Under the pieces are notes generated by a model that was given only the letters and a program-made list of their open reading frames with translations, made no database searches and was not told where the DNA came from. The position numbers were made by a program, and so were the translations under genes. Below are positions 1-12,455 of a stretch of 64,000 nucleotides of DNA, piece by piece. The DNA comes from Neovahlkampfia damariscottae (lineage: Eukaryota). Where the stretch lies: contig JABLTG010000018.1 of assembly GCA_016618085.1 (NCBI GenBank), positions 1 through 64,000 on the forward strand. Direction: 5' to 3'. Within the stretch, counting starts at the first letter, position 1. Each line of letters opens with the position of its first letter.

Positions 1-192
1 AACCCAAACCCAAACCCAAACCCAAACCCAAACCCAAACCCAAACCCAAACCCAAACCCAAACCCAAACCCAAACCCAAAACCCAAAACCCAAACCCAAA
101 CCCAAACCCAAACCCAAAACCCAAATCCCAAATCCCAAACCTTCAAAACCCAAATCTAAATCTAAAATCTAAAATCTAAAATCTAAAACCCA
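1..192 (+). repeat. Telomeric repeat array (CCCAAA)n, i.e. TTTGGG on the G strand, degenerating inward (CCCAAAA, TCCCAAA, TCTAAAA)
   Basis: Perfect 6-bp tandem repeat from base 1 to about 80, then variant units; C-rich strand at the 5' terminus as expected for a chromosome end. Confidence 0.92.
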
Positions 193-717
193 AAATTCTC
201 AAATACAAGTACAAATACAAATACAAATCTTATATCCAAAGAATTCTAAACCCTCCGATTGAGCTAGAAGAATACTTTTCAATTTTCTAATTGCTATCTT
301 AATTTGGAGATATTATTCCCCAAAAGAGTTTTTGTCGATTTTTTGATGAAATTGTGGTTTGTATTTGTTTTGTGACAATTGTCTTTTCTGATGAGTATCT
401 TGGTCACTTTTGAAGAATTACACAAGAACATAATCGTGATATAAAAAGAAACCAAAAATTTCATTTACAATTTTTTGTGTTTGATGTTTGGGTTTACGAC
501 AATTTGATGTTTTAAAAATTATATTTTCACTTCGTTCATCTGCATCTACTTCAGCTTGAGCTGAAATGGATTGGTTAAATATTCTGATGAAATTCATTTT
601 TGTATCAAGCGACTTTTGAGTGAATCCAATCAAATAGTTAAAAAATATTGGATGATTTGAGTTTAAATTACAAAATCATCACAAAAAGATAAGAATGAAA
701 TTGAAAATCAATAATTT

Positions 718-2021
718 TTATTCTTCTTTAAATAATATTCCAGGTAATTTTTGTAATCCTTCTAATGGTTGATCACAAGTTGTACAATTTAATCCACCTC
801 CTCCAAAATTTTGTTGTAAATTATTTACTCCAATTACATTTTTGAAATATTTTGAGAATATTCCAAATACAATTTTATCAGTAAATTCTAATTTTTTTTT
901 TATTTTTTCATTTTTACATCCAATTGAATATTGTGAAATGATTATACTATCATTACAAATGATAAAATTACCATAAGAACTTGCAGGTAAACCAAACACT
1001 TTATCAGGAAATGAATCATATAATTGAGACAAAGTATCATGAGTAACATCATCTTTATCCATTAATATTGGTTCACATTCAGGGAATGGTATTCTAATAA
1101 TATCAAATTTATTTCCATCTTGATCTGTTTGATTTCTTAAAATATCAAATACTAAATTCATTCTTGATTCACTCTCCATTGTTAAAAAACCAGGTTTATA
1201 ATTATATTTTGAAATATCACCCATACCACATAGTACTATAGTAGTTGGATTTATAAATCTACAAAATTCATCTACATGACCACCTGTTCCAACTTTTTAA
1301 ATATTCAATGGGTTAATTTAAACTTACCACAAGTGTAACATGGTATTTCTGTTTTTGAATCAAAATATTTTGGACCTAAGAATGACAAATCATCATCTGA
1401 AACTCCAGTGGGGATCCATACAAATTTAGTGACATTAAAAGTTCTTTTAAAGCATTCTTCAAGTTCTTGTTGAGTTTTTGTTGGATTTCTTTGGAGTTCA
1501 CATGTTAAATTTGATATAAGTGTTCCTTTTCCATTAAAACTACGATTTCCACCTTCACCTTTGTACCATTCAGGCATTTTTATCAATGGTTGATTCAAAT
1601 ATTTTGATAATTCTTTTGGAATTTCATTTGGTTGATCACAATATTTCCAATCTCCTTTAATATCAATAGAAATATATCCCCATAGACCAAAGTTGTGATC
1701 AATTGTTTGTTGTTTTCCGTCTTTAATTAACCATTCACAACCAGTATCTCGTATCCAAGCATCACCATGAGGAATAATGAGATAATAAATATCTAAATCC
1801 TCCAAATTTTCAAGTTGAATAAACTTTTTAATTTCATTTTTATCATTTACAATAATAACAGGTCTGACAAAAGGTGAAAGATGTCGAATCAAATAAGACT
1901 CTACATTCCATAGTGTTGTTAGATTTGTATAGTCTTTAATTTTTGAAGGTGAAATATAATCATAATCTGTTAAAGCAATATAAATTGTTGACACTGGTTC
2001 AAATTGTCCTGCTACTCTCAT
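718..2021 (-). CDS. Agmatine deiminase / peptidyl-arginine deiminase family protein (1 intron, 1293-1327)
   Basis: Motifs DAWIRDTG, EGGN, GTGGHVDE (formed across a 35-nt GT-AG intron) and GGGGLNCTT with the catalytic Cys; ATG at 2021. Confidence 0.88.
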
Positions 2022-2272
2022 TTTTAATTTGACCAATAAAAATTAACAAAATTTATTCCAATTTTTGTGAATCAAAAAGATGTCTCATTGTGAGAGCACA
2101 ATTCCAAAGAAGATATATTTCACTTAAATTATCAACAATCTTAATCCTTTCCAAACATTACAAATACTTCGACAAGCTCTTGAAGCAAACAAAGAAGATC
2201 AAAAAGAATTTCTAAACACACTTTCAACCATGGATAAAAGTAGTGACAAATGGTTTCAACTAACTCAAAGAA

Positions 2273-2458
2273 ATGATCCAAGAAACAATTAACCTAAAAA
2301 GAAGTGTGACAACATCCACGATGAGTGAAAGAGGTTTTTCATCCATGGGTAGAATAGTAGCCAAACTTCGAAGCAAAACGCATCCTGAAACTGCTGGTGG
2401 ACTTTTGTTTTTAAAGAAAACACTGAACTTTGGTAAAATAAAGTGTCTCAATTTTTGA
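2273..2458 (+). mobile_element. hAT-family transposase C-terminal dimerisation-domain remnant
   Basis: TTSTMSERGFSSMGRIVAKLRSKTHPETAGGLLFLKK fits the hAT dimerisation consensus (TS..sERxFS..g.i.t..R..l.pe....l.fl); upstream 2080-2270 is frameshifted and there is no catalytic domain. Confidence 0.6.
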
Positions 2459-2625
2459 AGAAATTACGAAATCTTGTTGGTGGAGTTTTAACATCCAATG
2501 AAAATTATTTATTTTCCAATTTTTTGTGCAGTATTTGAAAATTTGTCAAACCAGTACTCGTACTGGTGAATTCCCGATTGACTTCTAAGATTTTTAGCAA
2601 AAAAATGGAAGATTGTTAAAAACGA

Positions 2626-2698
2626 TGCCTCCACTAGGGATCGAACCAAGGACCTTAAGAACTTCAGTCTTACGCTCTCCCAACTGAGCTATAGAGGC
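2626..2698 (-). tRNA. tRNA-Phe (GAA)
   Basis: 73 nt GCCTCTA...TGGAGGCA acceptor stem, D arm, TAAGA-CTGAAGT-TCTTA anticodon arm, TTCGATC T loop; one T-T mismatch in the T stem. Confidence 0.93.
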
Positions 2699-3081
2699 TA
2701 TTGATACTGTACATACCCACGATTAGAAAAAATTAAAAACAGTTAGACATTCATTCTTGTCTAAAACTCATCTGTATCGAAGAATATTCATGTTGGTAAA
2801 ATTATATTGAGCAATAGAGCTGGCTACAGGCTGGACACATCATAGTTTTCAAGCTTTGAAAATTATCAAAACTTAAAATGATTTTGGTACATTCCCAACC
2901 TGCACTACATTTGAGGTTCCAATTTTGAATAATACTATGAATGTAGTTGAATTTGAATTTGTATTTGGATATTCCAGTTCTTTTGTTTTCGTTGTTTTGA
3001 TTGGACAAAAGAAGTTGTTGTTTGTTGAGGTGATGAAAAAGGTTCGCATCAAATCATTCAATGTATCCATAGCAAAATAAA

Positions 3082-3652
3082 ATGACTGAGGATAAGAAAA
3101 ATACTGTGATAGTGCAAGAAAAAAATAAACAAATTGCTTCATTACAACAACAAATCGCAGAAAGTATTTCTTTCAGTTTCTATTTTAATAAATTCAGTTA
3201 AAAGACAGTATAATGAAACAAATCAATCAATAATTCAAAGTAATTTGAAATTAAAGCAAAGTTTTAATAAAATCATGAACGAAAACAAAAATTTTCAAAA
3301 TGAAATTCTTCGTTTGACTTCAGAGAATGAAAAACTAAAAGGAAAGAATGAAGAACTTACAAATATTACAAACAAATTTTTCATGGATTTACAAAATCAA
3401 AATAATATTATTGTACAAAACGAAGAACCAAAACAAGAAGTCAAACTTGAAGATGAAAAAAAAACAAGACTCAAACAACACCTTAACTGTTTAATTATCA
3501 ATGAAGAAGATGAATGTAAAAAAATTGAAGAAAAAGAGATAATGGAAAAAGAGAATTTACAAAAAATGTCAGAACTAAAATTAAAAGAAGATGAAAATAT
3601 AATCAATGATAAATTCTCTCCACCAAAAATTAAAAAATTAAAAAAAATATAA
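3082..3652 (+). CDS. Hypothetical coiled-coil protein (1 intron, about 3164-3197)
   Basis: ATG at 3082 (MTEDKKN...) splices in frame into ORF 3134-3652; heptad-rich sequence. Confidence 0.55.
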
Positions 3653-3700
3653 ATTTTCAAAATTGAAACTCTATAATTTGATTTGTTTAAACTTTTTTAT

Positions 3701-3707
3701 CCAATCA
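3701..3707 (+). promoter_or_regulatory. Representative CCAAT(CA) promoter motif
   Basis: Same motif lies shortly upstream of most start codons (e.g. 14574, 18715, 29762, 32031, 38602, 42992, 45742). Confidence 0.6.
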
Positions 3708-3712
3708 ACAAA

Positions 3713-5143
3713 ATGAAAAGTGATTTACCTGTGTATCGATCAACAACTATTTTAAAAGAAACTAAGATTTATAATCCTGTTAAAGAAGAGATTGAAAAAT
3801 TATCAAAAGATTTAAATTTATCAATAACAAGTGAAGAGTAATATATTTCAAGTTATTTTTTTAAATATATTTAGGTTCTCTTTTGAATTAAATTCAAGAG
3901 ATGAATTAAAAGAATTTGAAAAAGAGTTTCATAAACCAAAAGATGGTCTTTATTTTACAGGAAATAGTTTAGGACTTCAACCAAAAACAGTACAAGATAA
4001 AATGTTTAATGAGTTAGAAAAATGGAAGAAAATTGGAGTTAGGTTAGAATAATATTATTATTAAATTAAAAATATAGAGGTCATTTTGAAGGAGAATATC
4101 CATGGTTTAAAATTGAAGAATATGCAATACCAAGTTTAAGTAAATTATTAGGATGTAAAGAGAATGAAGTTGCAATTAGTTCAACATTAACAACTAATTT
4201 ACATTTATTAATGACATCATTTTATCAACCAACATCAAAAAGATTTAAACTTTTAATTGAAGAATCACCATTTCCATCTGATATGATGGCATTTTTATCA
4301 CAAATTAAATTACATGGTTTAAATCCAGAAGAAGTATTAATTCAAATTGGACCAAGAGAAAATGAGAATTATATTCATACTGAAGATATTTTAGAAATTA
4401 TTGAAAAAGAAGGAGATGAAATATGTTTAATATTATTCTCAGGTGTTCATTTTTTATCTGGACAAGCATTTGAAATTGAAAAAATAACAAAAAAAGGACA
4501 TGAAAAAGGTTGTTTTGTTGGATTTGATTTAGCACATGCAACTGGTAATTTAGAATTAAAATTAAATGAATGGAATGTTGATTTTGGATGTTTTTGTACA
4601 TACAAATATTTAAATAGTGGACCTGGTTCAATTGGTGGATTATTTTTACATGAACAACATCATGATAAAGATTTTAAAAGATTTCAAGGATGGTGGGGAA
4701 ATAAAAGAGAAAATAGATTTTCAATGAAAACTTATTTTGATGGTCAAAAAGGTGCAGGTATTTATCAATTATCTAATCCATCAATATTCTCAATTATACC
4801 ATTATTATCAAGTTTAGAAATATTTGATAAAACATCAATATCAAAATTAAGATATAAATCAGAAAGATTAACTAGTTATTTAGAAATATTAATTAATCAT
4901 GAATTATTTGACCAATTAGAAATATTAACACCAAAATCATTACATTTAAGAGGATGTCAATTAAGTTTAAAAATTAAGAATTTTAATGGAAATCTTGATG
5001 AATTTATTAATATTTTAGAAAATGAAAATATTGATATTGATAAAAGAGATCCAAATATTTTAAGAATATCTCCTGTTCCTCTTTATAATAATTTTAATGA
5101 AATTTGGAAATTAATTAAAATTTTAAAAAATTTATTAACTTAA
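3713..5143 (+). CDS. KYNU: Kynureninase (2 introns)
   Basis: YFTGNSLGLQP, FPSD, GFDLAHATGN, CTYKYLNSGPG, GWWG, RGCQLS and PVPLYN motifs. Confidence 0.95.
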
Positions 5144-5156
5144 ATAAAAATACATT

Positions 5157-5817
5157 CTAGAGATCATGAACATTTCTTTCTTTTGAAAGTATAACTCTAT
5201 TCTTTTTTAATCTTAATCTTTTATTTGAAACTTCTAATATTTCATATTCAATCATTGATTCAAATGATTTTTTATTTGTTGATAGAATTTCTTCACCTTC
5301 TTCATCTTTTTCATCAACACTTGTATATCCATTAATATAAATAGTAATTAAATTATCTTCAAATGTATATCCTCCTTTTTTTAATTTAAAATATCTTTGT
5401 CCATTTTGTTTTTTTTTTACAACCTTTTTTTTTTTAGACTTAATTTAAAATTACAAAATAAATTCCTTCATCTTTAAATGATACTGCATTTAATATATCT
5501 GTTTCAAATGATTCTGAAACAAATATTATTTCTTCAAATTTTGTTGAAAACCAACCAGATAAAATATACCATGTTGTATCTTTAACTAAATCAATATCTA
5601 TTTTTTCTTCTTCTTCTTCTTCAAATATATGTTCAATAAGATCAGTTGATGCAGGTGATATTTTGGTTATTATTTTACTTGGATTTGAATTTGTATTTAA
5701 ATGTTTGTTAAAGTTAGACTTTGGACTTGTTGGTAATAAATTAGTATTTTGTGTTTTATTGTTTTTTAAAGCTGTTTTTAAATTTGGTATATTTTTGGGT
5801 GCACTATTCTTTGACAT
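5157..5817 (-). CDS. Hypothetical protein with a possible lipocalin-like beta-barrel domain; paralog of 12456-13046
   Basis: ORF 5440-5817 splices (AAG acceptor) into a second exon ending in TAG at 5157; shares TWY.LS, GY..VD and ES...Y.ILE...RL.L with the 12456 gene. Confidence 0.6.
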
Positions 5818-5913
5818 TGTTATAAAAAGTTGTTTTTTTCAAGAATCAAAATCTCCTTCTTTTTTATTGGTTTAATAAAAACGAAAATTTTGATTTTTAT
5901 TGTTGAACATTTC

Positions 5914-7225
5914 ATGAACCAAGAAAATTTTTTGAACTTTGTAAAAGAGGATTTATTAAATGAGGATGAATCATCTCAAGATTTTGAATCTCAAATTGAT
6001 TCATATATTCAAATTTTAAATATTTCAGAATGTTTTCATCATAACTTGCAAGATAATTGCAAAGAATGTCAAAGTTTGAATTCAAATGGTGTTGAATCAA
6101 ATAAATTAATCCAGAATTTTAAAAAAGTAACATTGGAAGATATTTCAAAAACGAAAGACAAAGAACGAAATGTTTTTCTTTTCAATTTTTTAAATAAATA
6201 TAAATTTAGATGAATGATGAAATAATACTTCAAAATGAAATAAAACAACAAATGAATGATAGTTCTCAAATAGAGTTAGAGATTAAAGTATTAGTCTCTT
6301 CATGTAGTAAACTTGATTTTTATACAAAAGTAATTGATTAGATGTAGATATACTTGAATTTGGATTTGACCATCAATACAATAATCATTACTATTATATT
6401 TTGGATTCAAAATTATCACCATTCAATGTTAAAAATATAATTGAAGAAACTTTAAAAATTAAATCATTACCTTTAGAAACTAGTTTTTTGAGTGAAGATA
6501 TTTTAAATCATTCAAATTATGAATTAGAAGAAGAATTAGATAATTCAATATCAGAAATGTATTCAATTATTAATTCAACTGAAATATATTATCATTTATC
6601 CATCACTAATGAACTTTTAAGAAATAGAAATGAATTAAATGAGTCAATTATTTTTGAAGAAATTGAATCATTTAATCATTCAAATAAAGAGAAAGATGAT
6701 CAATGTTTTTTTATGCATCCAAGAAATATTATTGTACAAGTAGAAGAAGAAGAAGAGATTGATCTTAAAAAAAAGAAAAGAAAAAGAAAAGATGAAATAT
6801 TGAATTGTTTAATTTTAATTAAGAAATTAAAAGATAATTTTAATAATTATAAATATCATATTAATGAAATTATATTTGAAAATAGAGAAATTGAATCAAC
6901 TATTTCTTTTGATGAAATAAAAAATGAAATGAATGAAATTAATTTATTTAGTGAAGAATCAAAAGAAATGATTATTGAACAAGATGAAAATGAATGTGGT
7001 ATTTGTTTATTAGAATTATATGATAATACTGAAATCTATTCATTAGATTCATGTAAACATTGTTTTCATTTAAATTGTATTTCAAAATGTATTGATAGTA
7101 GAAATATTAAAAATAGATGTGTTAAATGTTTTAAATCTATTAAAAATGATGAAATTAAACATATTAAAAAATTAAATTCATTTCAAATTAGAAATTCACG
7201 TCTATTAAAAAGAGAAAAAAAATAA
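5914..7225 (+). CDS. RING-H2 finger protein (introns in the 5' half)
   Basis: CGIC...CKHCFHLNC...CVKC at the C-terminus. Confidence 0.75.
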
Positions 7226-7290
7226 AAATTATTTTATTGGTTCTTTTTATAATTCTTTATTCAAACAGAATTTAACACACCTTTGGATAA

Positions 7291-8181
7291 ATGGGTTTAA
7301 ACTTTTCTTCTGAATCAACTTTTTGTATACAATCGATACAAAATGAAAAATATTTATCAATACAGAGTATAAAAAAGATATATTAATGTTTTAAAAAGAA
7401 AATGGGAAAGTAAATTTTAAAGGAAATGTATCAAAAAATGAAGAATTTAAAGTAAAAATGATTTCAGAAAATGAATATATTTTAATATCAAAATATCATG
7501 GATTATATTTAAGTATATTTGAAAATGAAAAATTGATTACATCTTCATCCATTTCAAAAAAAGAGAAAATAAGAATTGTAATTGATAAAAAAAGAGATAA
7601 TGTATATGGATTTAAATTTTTTAATGATTCATTCTTATCCATAAAAATGAATGATAATCAAAAAGATAATGATATTGTTTTGACAAATTTAAATTTTACA
7701 GAAAATGAAAAATTTAAAATAATATCTGAAAAGAAAGAAAATATATTTAATCAAATTCTTGAAGATAATTCAATTATTGGAATTAAATCATTAAAATATG
7801 AAACCTATTTTAATTCAAATTTAAATAGTCAAAAGAATGAAATTGAATATTTTAAAATTGAAAGAATTAAATTTAATCAAATTAGAATAAAGAATAAATA
7901 TAAAAAATATTTAATTTCAACTAATGAAAATAAATTAAAATTTGATTCAAATTTAAATAATTTAATTGAAAATCAAGAAATGTTTGAAATTATTGATTGT
8001 GTAAATGGTATTTCCACCTTTAATATTCTAATTAAATATAGATAAATTTGCAATTAAATCTATTTATTCAAATTCTTATTTATCTTTTCAATTATTTAAT
8101 TCAATTCGTATGAATAATCAAATTAATTCATTGAATCAAATTAAAGATTCAGAACAATTTGAATTTATAAAATATAAATAA
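7291..8181 (+). CDS. Fascin/hisactophilin-like beta-trefoil repeat protein
   Basis: Repeated ~40-aa units (I.S..g.YLS....g.......E.F.i); starts MG; 2 short introns inferred. Confidence 0.5.
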
Positions 8182-8255
8182 ATATACAAAAAAAATTAAT
8201 TTTGTTTTTTTTATAATATCAAATCTTTTCTTCCAAAAATTTTGTCCAATAGAAA

Positions 8256-9495
8256 ATGTTAAAAATTCTCTTCCTCCTTTTTTTAGTTTTACAAACATTT
8301 GCCAACCAAGTATATTAATTTCATTTATACTAATAAATAGTTCGTTGAAAAGAATTTAAGAACATCACCAAATAATATAATTGATATTAAGACTTCTTCT
8401 CAATTCATGGAGTAAAAAAAACTTTAAATCTAACTTAATTAATAGTATTCTTCAACCAAATAGAAATTATTATATCATTACATTTGTTTCTATTCAAAAG
8501 AGTCAATGTCCTGTTTGTCCATATTTTAAAGAAATATATTCAAAATTAGGAAAACATTATTTTCAAAATGATTTTAATCAACAAAAATCAAAAGTAAAAT
8601 TAAAATTAAATTTTAATTTTTTAAAAAGATATATTTTACATATATTGAATATTCACAACAAACACATCAAATTGTTGGTACTTTTGGTATTCAACATGTT
8701 CCAGGTAAACTTTTTAAAAAGTATTAATTGAATGATATAGCATGTAAGAATTATTATTTCTAATCTTTCTTAAAAGTTTTAATATTTAAACCAAATGAAA
8801 ATAAACCAATATTATTAAATGATCCAGTGAATAATGGTTTAATTGAATTTATTTTAAAAGAAACAAATATTAAAATAACATTAAATCCAAATGAAATTGA
8901 TCCAAAAAGAGTATTTCCATCAGGTGCACAAGGTAGTGGTAATAATGGTGGTGGTAGTGCTGATAATTCACAATCACTTTTAATATTTACTATTTTAAGT
9001 GGTATTGGTATTTTCATTTTTATTTTATTTCTTTATTCTTTAATTACAAATTGGTGGAATTCAAAAAAAATATTTGGAGTTATTTCATTTGTTACTTATG
9101 GTGCGTGTGTTGGTGGTTCAGTATTTTGTGTTTTAAATGAATCATCATTTTTTTATCCAAGAGGAAATAGTGTTATTATATTTTATCCTTCATTTCAACA
9201 TCAAACAGGTAAATAAAGAATAATCATTAAATGTTTAATAGTAATCGAAGGCTGGCTTGCAGGTGGTGTTATGATTTTAGGTGGTTTATCTTTAATCATT
9301 TTACATGATTTAATACCAAAGATGGAAAATGGTATGTTTAAAAAAATATTTAGCACTATTTCAATTTGGTTATTTTGGTGTTGTGTAATTACTTTGGTAA
9401 TGTTCTTCACTTGGAAAAATGCATATTATATGTCAAATACACCTATTGGACCATATTTAGCTGTTTTAAGAGATTTATTTGGAAAAGCAACATAA
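8256..9495 (+). CDS. Oligosaccharyltransferase OST3/OST6 (MagT1/TUSC3) family subunit, multi-intron
   Basis: Signal peptide, thioredoxin-like CPVC, four transmembrane segments, Q.Q...EG motif. Confidence 0.8.
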
Positions 9496-9578
9496 AAATA
9501 ATTTATTTTTTCCATCTATTTTTAAATAATCTTTTGTCCAATCAAATCTTGACTACTTCAATTATTTTGTGGTTGAAA

Positions 9579-10682
9579 ATGTTTACAAAATTTTTTAAAC
9601 CTTCAAAACATCTATTAAATAAACTAATAGAAAATGAAAATGTAAATTCTAATTATTAACAATTAACTTCCAAATTAGGTTGTTCAAAACTTAATTTTAA
9701 AATGTGAACATTCAATATCAAAGTCAAATTATGAAGATGGAATAAAATATTCAAATAGAATACTAAAATTATTCAATGAAAAGGATATAATGTCAAATGA
9801 AATAATAAGAGGATACAGTTTAAGAGGAACTTGTTTAATGGAGAAGGGTGATTTTAAAAATGCAATTAAAGATTTTAATAAAATTACAAAGTATATACCT
9901 AATGATTTATATCATTTAGAGTTAAAAGGAGGTAACCTTTATATTATTAAATAATAAAAAGATTGTTTAATTAAATTAAATGAATTTGAAGAAGGAATGA
10001 AATTATATGATCAAATTATATATGTAAATAATGATTTAAATATTATATATAAAAGAGGAAAATTATATTTTCATTTACAAAATTTTGAAAAAGCATTGGA
10101 TGATTTTGAATTTATTTTATCAAAAAATAATGATTATTATTTTGATTCATTAATAGGTAATTAATGATATTTATTAATTAAAAGGATGTGCCGAATGTTG
10201 TATTCAATTAAATAAATTAAAAGAATCAAAAGAATATTATAAAAGAATATTAGAATTAGATTCAAATAATTTAATTGGAAATGAAGGAATATCATTAATA
10301 TATTCTTTAGAAGAAGATTTTGAAAATGCATTAAATCATATAAATATATGTATTGAAAATAGTGATGAATCATTAGAGTTAAATTTATTTAAATTCATTC
10401 TTTTTTAGATTAATTTGTAAAAGGAGTTATATTCAATTAAATTTAAATAATTTTAAAGAATCAATAAAAGATTCAAATAAAATTATAAATAATTTTAAAA
10501 ATGAAATGAATAATGATTTATCATTAGCATATTTTGTTCGTGCAAATTCATTAAAAGAAATTGAAAAATATAAAGAAGCATTAAATGATTTAGATATATA
10601 TTTGAAATATAATCCAATAGAAAGAGTAAATATTGAAAATTTAAAAAGAGAAATTTTAAATAAAATGTTAAATAAAATATAA
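9579..10682 (+). CDS. TPR repeat protein, multi-intron
   Basis: Repeated YxxRG...A.KDF TPR units across spliced exons; absent as a single ORF from the track. Confidence 0.65.
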
Positions 10683-10724
10683 TTTTGATTGGTTAATAAT
10701 TCTATTTATTAAACAAAGAAAAGA

Positions 10725-12297
10725 ATGGATCAATACTTTGTAGTAAAATTATTAGGAAGTGGATATGAAGGTCAAGTTGTATTATGTGAAATAAAAAGAC
10801 AAATGAACAAGTTGCTATTAAAAGAATTGAATTAGATACTATTGAAAAAGCTAATGAAACTATAAATGAAGCATGGAGATTAACAAAACTTCATCATAAA
10901 AATATTGTATAATATAAAAGAGTATTTATGCATAAATATCCAACAAATGAAAATCCATTTGTTTGTTTAATTATGGAGTATTGTGAAGGTGGTACATTAC
11001 AAGTAAAATAAATATTCATTTTTTTTATTTTTAGTCATTTCAAATTATGGTATGAATACAAGTTATTCTATACAAAAATTCTTTGATATTATTAAAAATG
11101 AAATTATAATTGAAAGAAATCATGATTTAAATTTATTTAATTTAATGAAGAATTTATTAAATTTTGATCCAAAAAAGAGACCAACAACATTTGAAATATT
11201 AAAAGAAAATAGAATATTAATTAAAAAAGTAATTAATCTAGATGTTTAAATTTGATTCACTTTTTAAGCATTTTCAAATTGAAAAAATAAAAATAATATC
11301 AGGTGAATTAAAAGAATTAAATAATTTAAATGATAAATTATTAATTTATTTATTTAATTTTTTACAAGTATCAGATTTATATAATGTAATGAGAGTATCA
11401 AAAAAATATTATAAAATATCACAAAATGAATAATTATGGAAAATGATTTGTGAGAATGTAATTGATATTCAAAACTAAATATAATTTAGGAATTAGGAAT
11501 AATGACAAAAAAGAATTTAAAAATATTTAATATTGAAAAAGAAGAAGAATGGAAAAAGTATAAGATTAAATATTATGATTTTCAAGGAAGAGTAATGATA
11601 ATTAGAAAGAAACAAACATTAGGTAAACTATTGTAACATAAATATTACCAACAAAAGAGAACTTTGAAGAAGCAGCAATTGTATTGGCTAAATCTTTATT
11701 TTTAAATTCAAAATTTAAATTTATTTTTGAAAAAAAAAAAGAATGACGAAAATAAATTAATTGGTATTGCACAAATAATGTTATTTTATATTGAAGAAGG
11801 TATAAAATATGGTAGAGTATTTGTAACAACAAAATATGATTCTTATAATAAATCTCAAACTATATCAGTTGCAATTTGGAATACTCCCTATAATAATAAA
11901 TTAATTACTTCTTGGAGAAGATTAAAAAAAATTTATTTATTAATAATTTAATTAAACAAATTGGATTAAATCATTTTCAAAAATTATTAAAAATTGATGA
12001 AATTTATGAAATATTTATTTAGAAAATATTAAAAATATTAAAGATTTTACTCTCTTTTTAATTGGTACATTTCCAGAGTATCAATAAAAAGGAATGGGTT
12101 CAAATGTATTATTACCTATATTAAAAATATCAGATGAAATGAATTTAAATTGTTTTGTTTTAACTAATAATTCAAATTAAATTAAATTCTTTACAAGATT
12201 AGGTTTCATTCCACCTTCTACATCCATTGATCATGAATTAAAAAATGAAATAACTTATTTAATAAGAACAGATGAAGTGTTTATTCATAATAATTAA
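10725..12297 (+). pseudogene. Disrupted protein kinase + F-box + GNAT acetyltransferase gene
   Basis: LGSGYEG, VAIK, LIMEYCEGG and DPKKRPT present but no HRD/DFG; F-box LNNLNDKLLIYLFNFL; GNAT IGTFPEYQ*KGMG and FFTRLGF; several frameshifts and in-frame TAA stops. Confidence 0.7.
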
Positions 12298-12455
12298 TTT
12301 TTTTTTGACAAAAAATGGAATTAATGGTGAATAATTTGAGAAAAATAATTGAATTAATAAAAGAAGAAATATTTAATATTGAACAAATGATATATTTTTA
12401 CTCTTCTTTCATTTTATTGGTCAATTTTTGACATATTAATACAGTTCATTGAGTG

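Noticed and set aside
2760..3070. Overlapping short ORFs with Cys pairs (CPAC) near the tRNA
   Set aside because: No consistent spliced model or recognisable family; possibly debris
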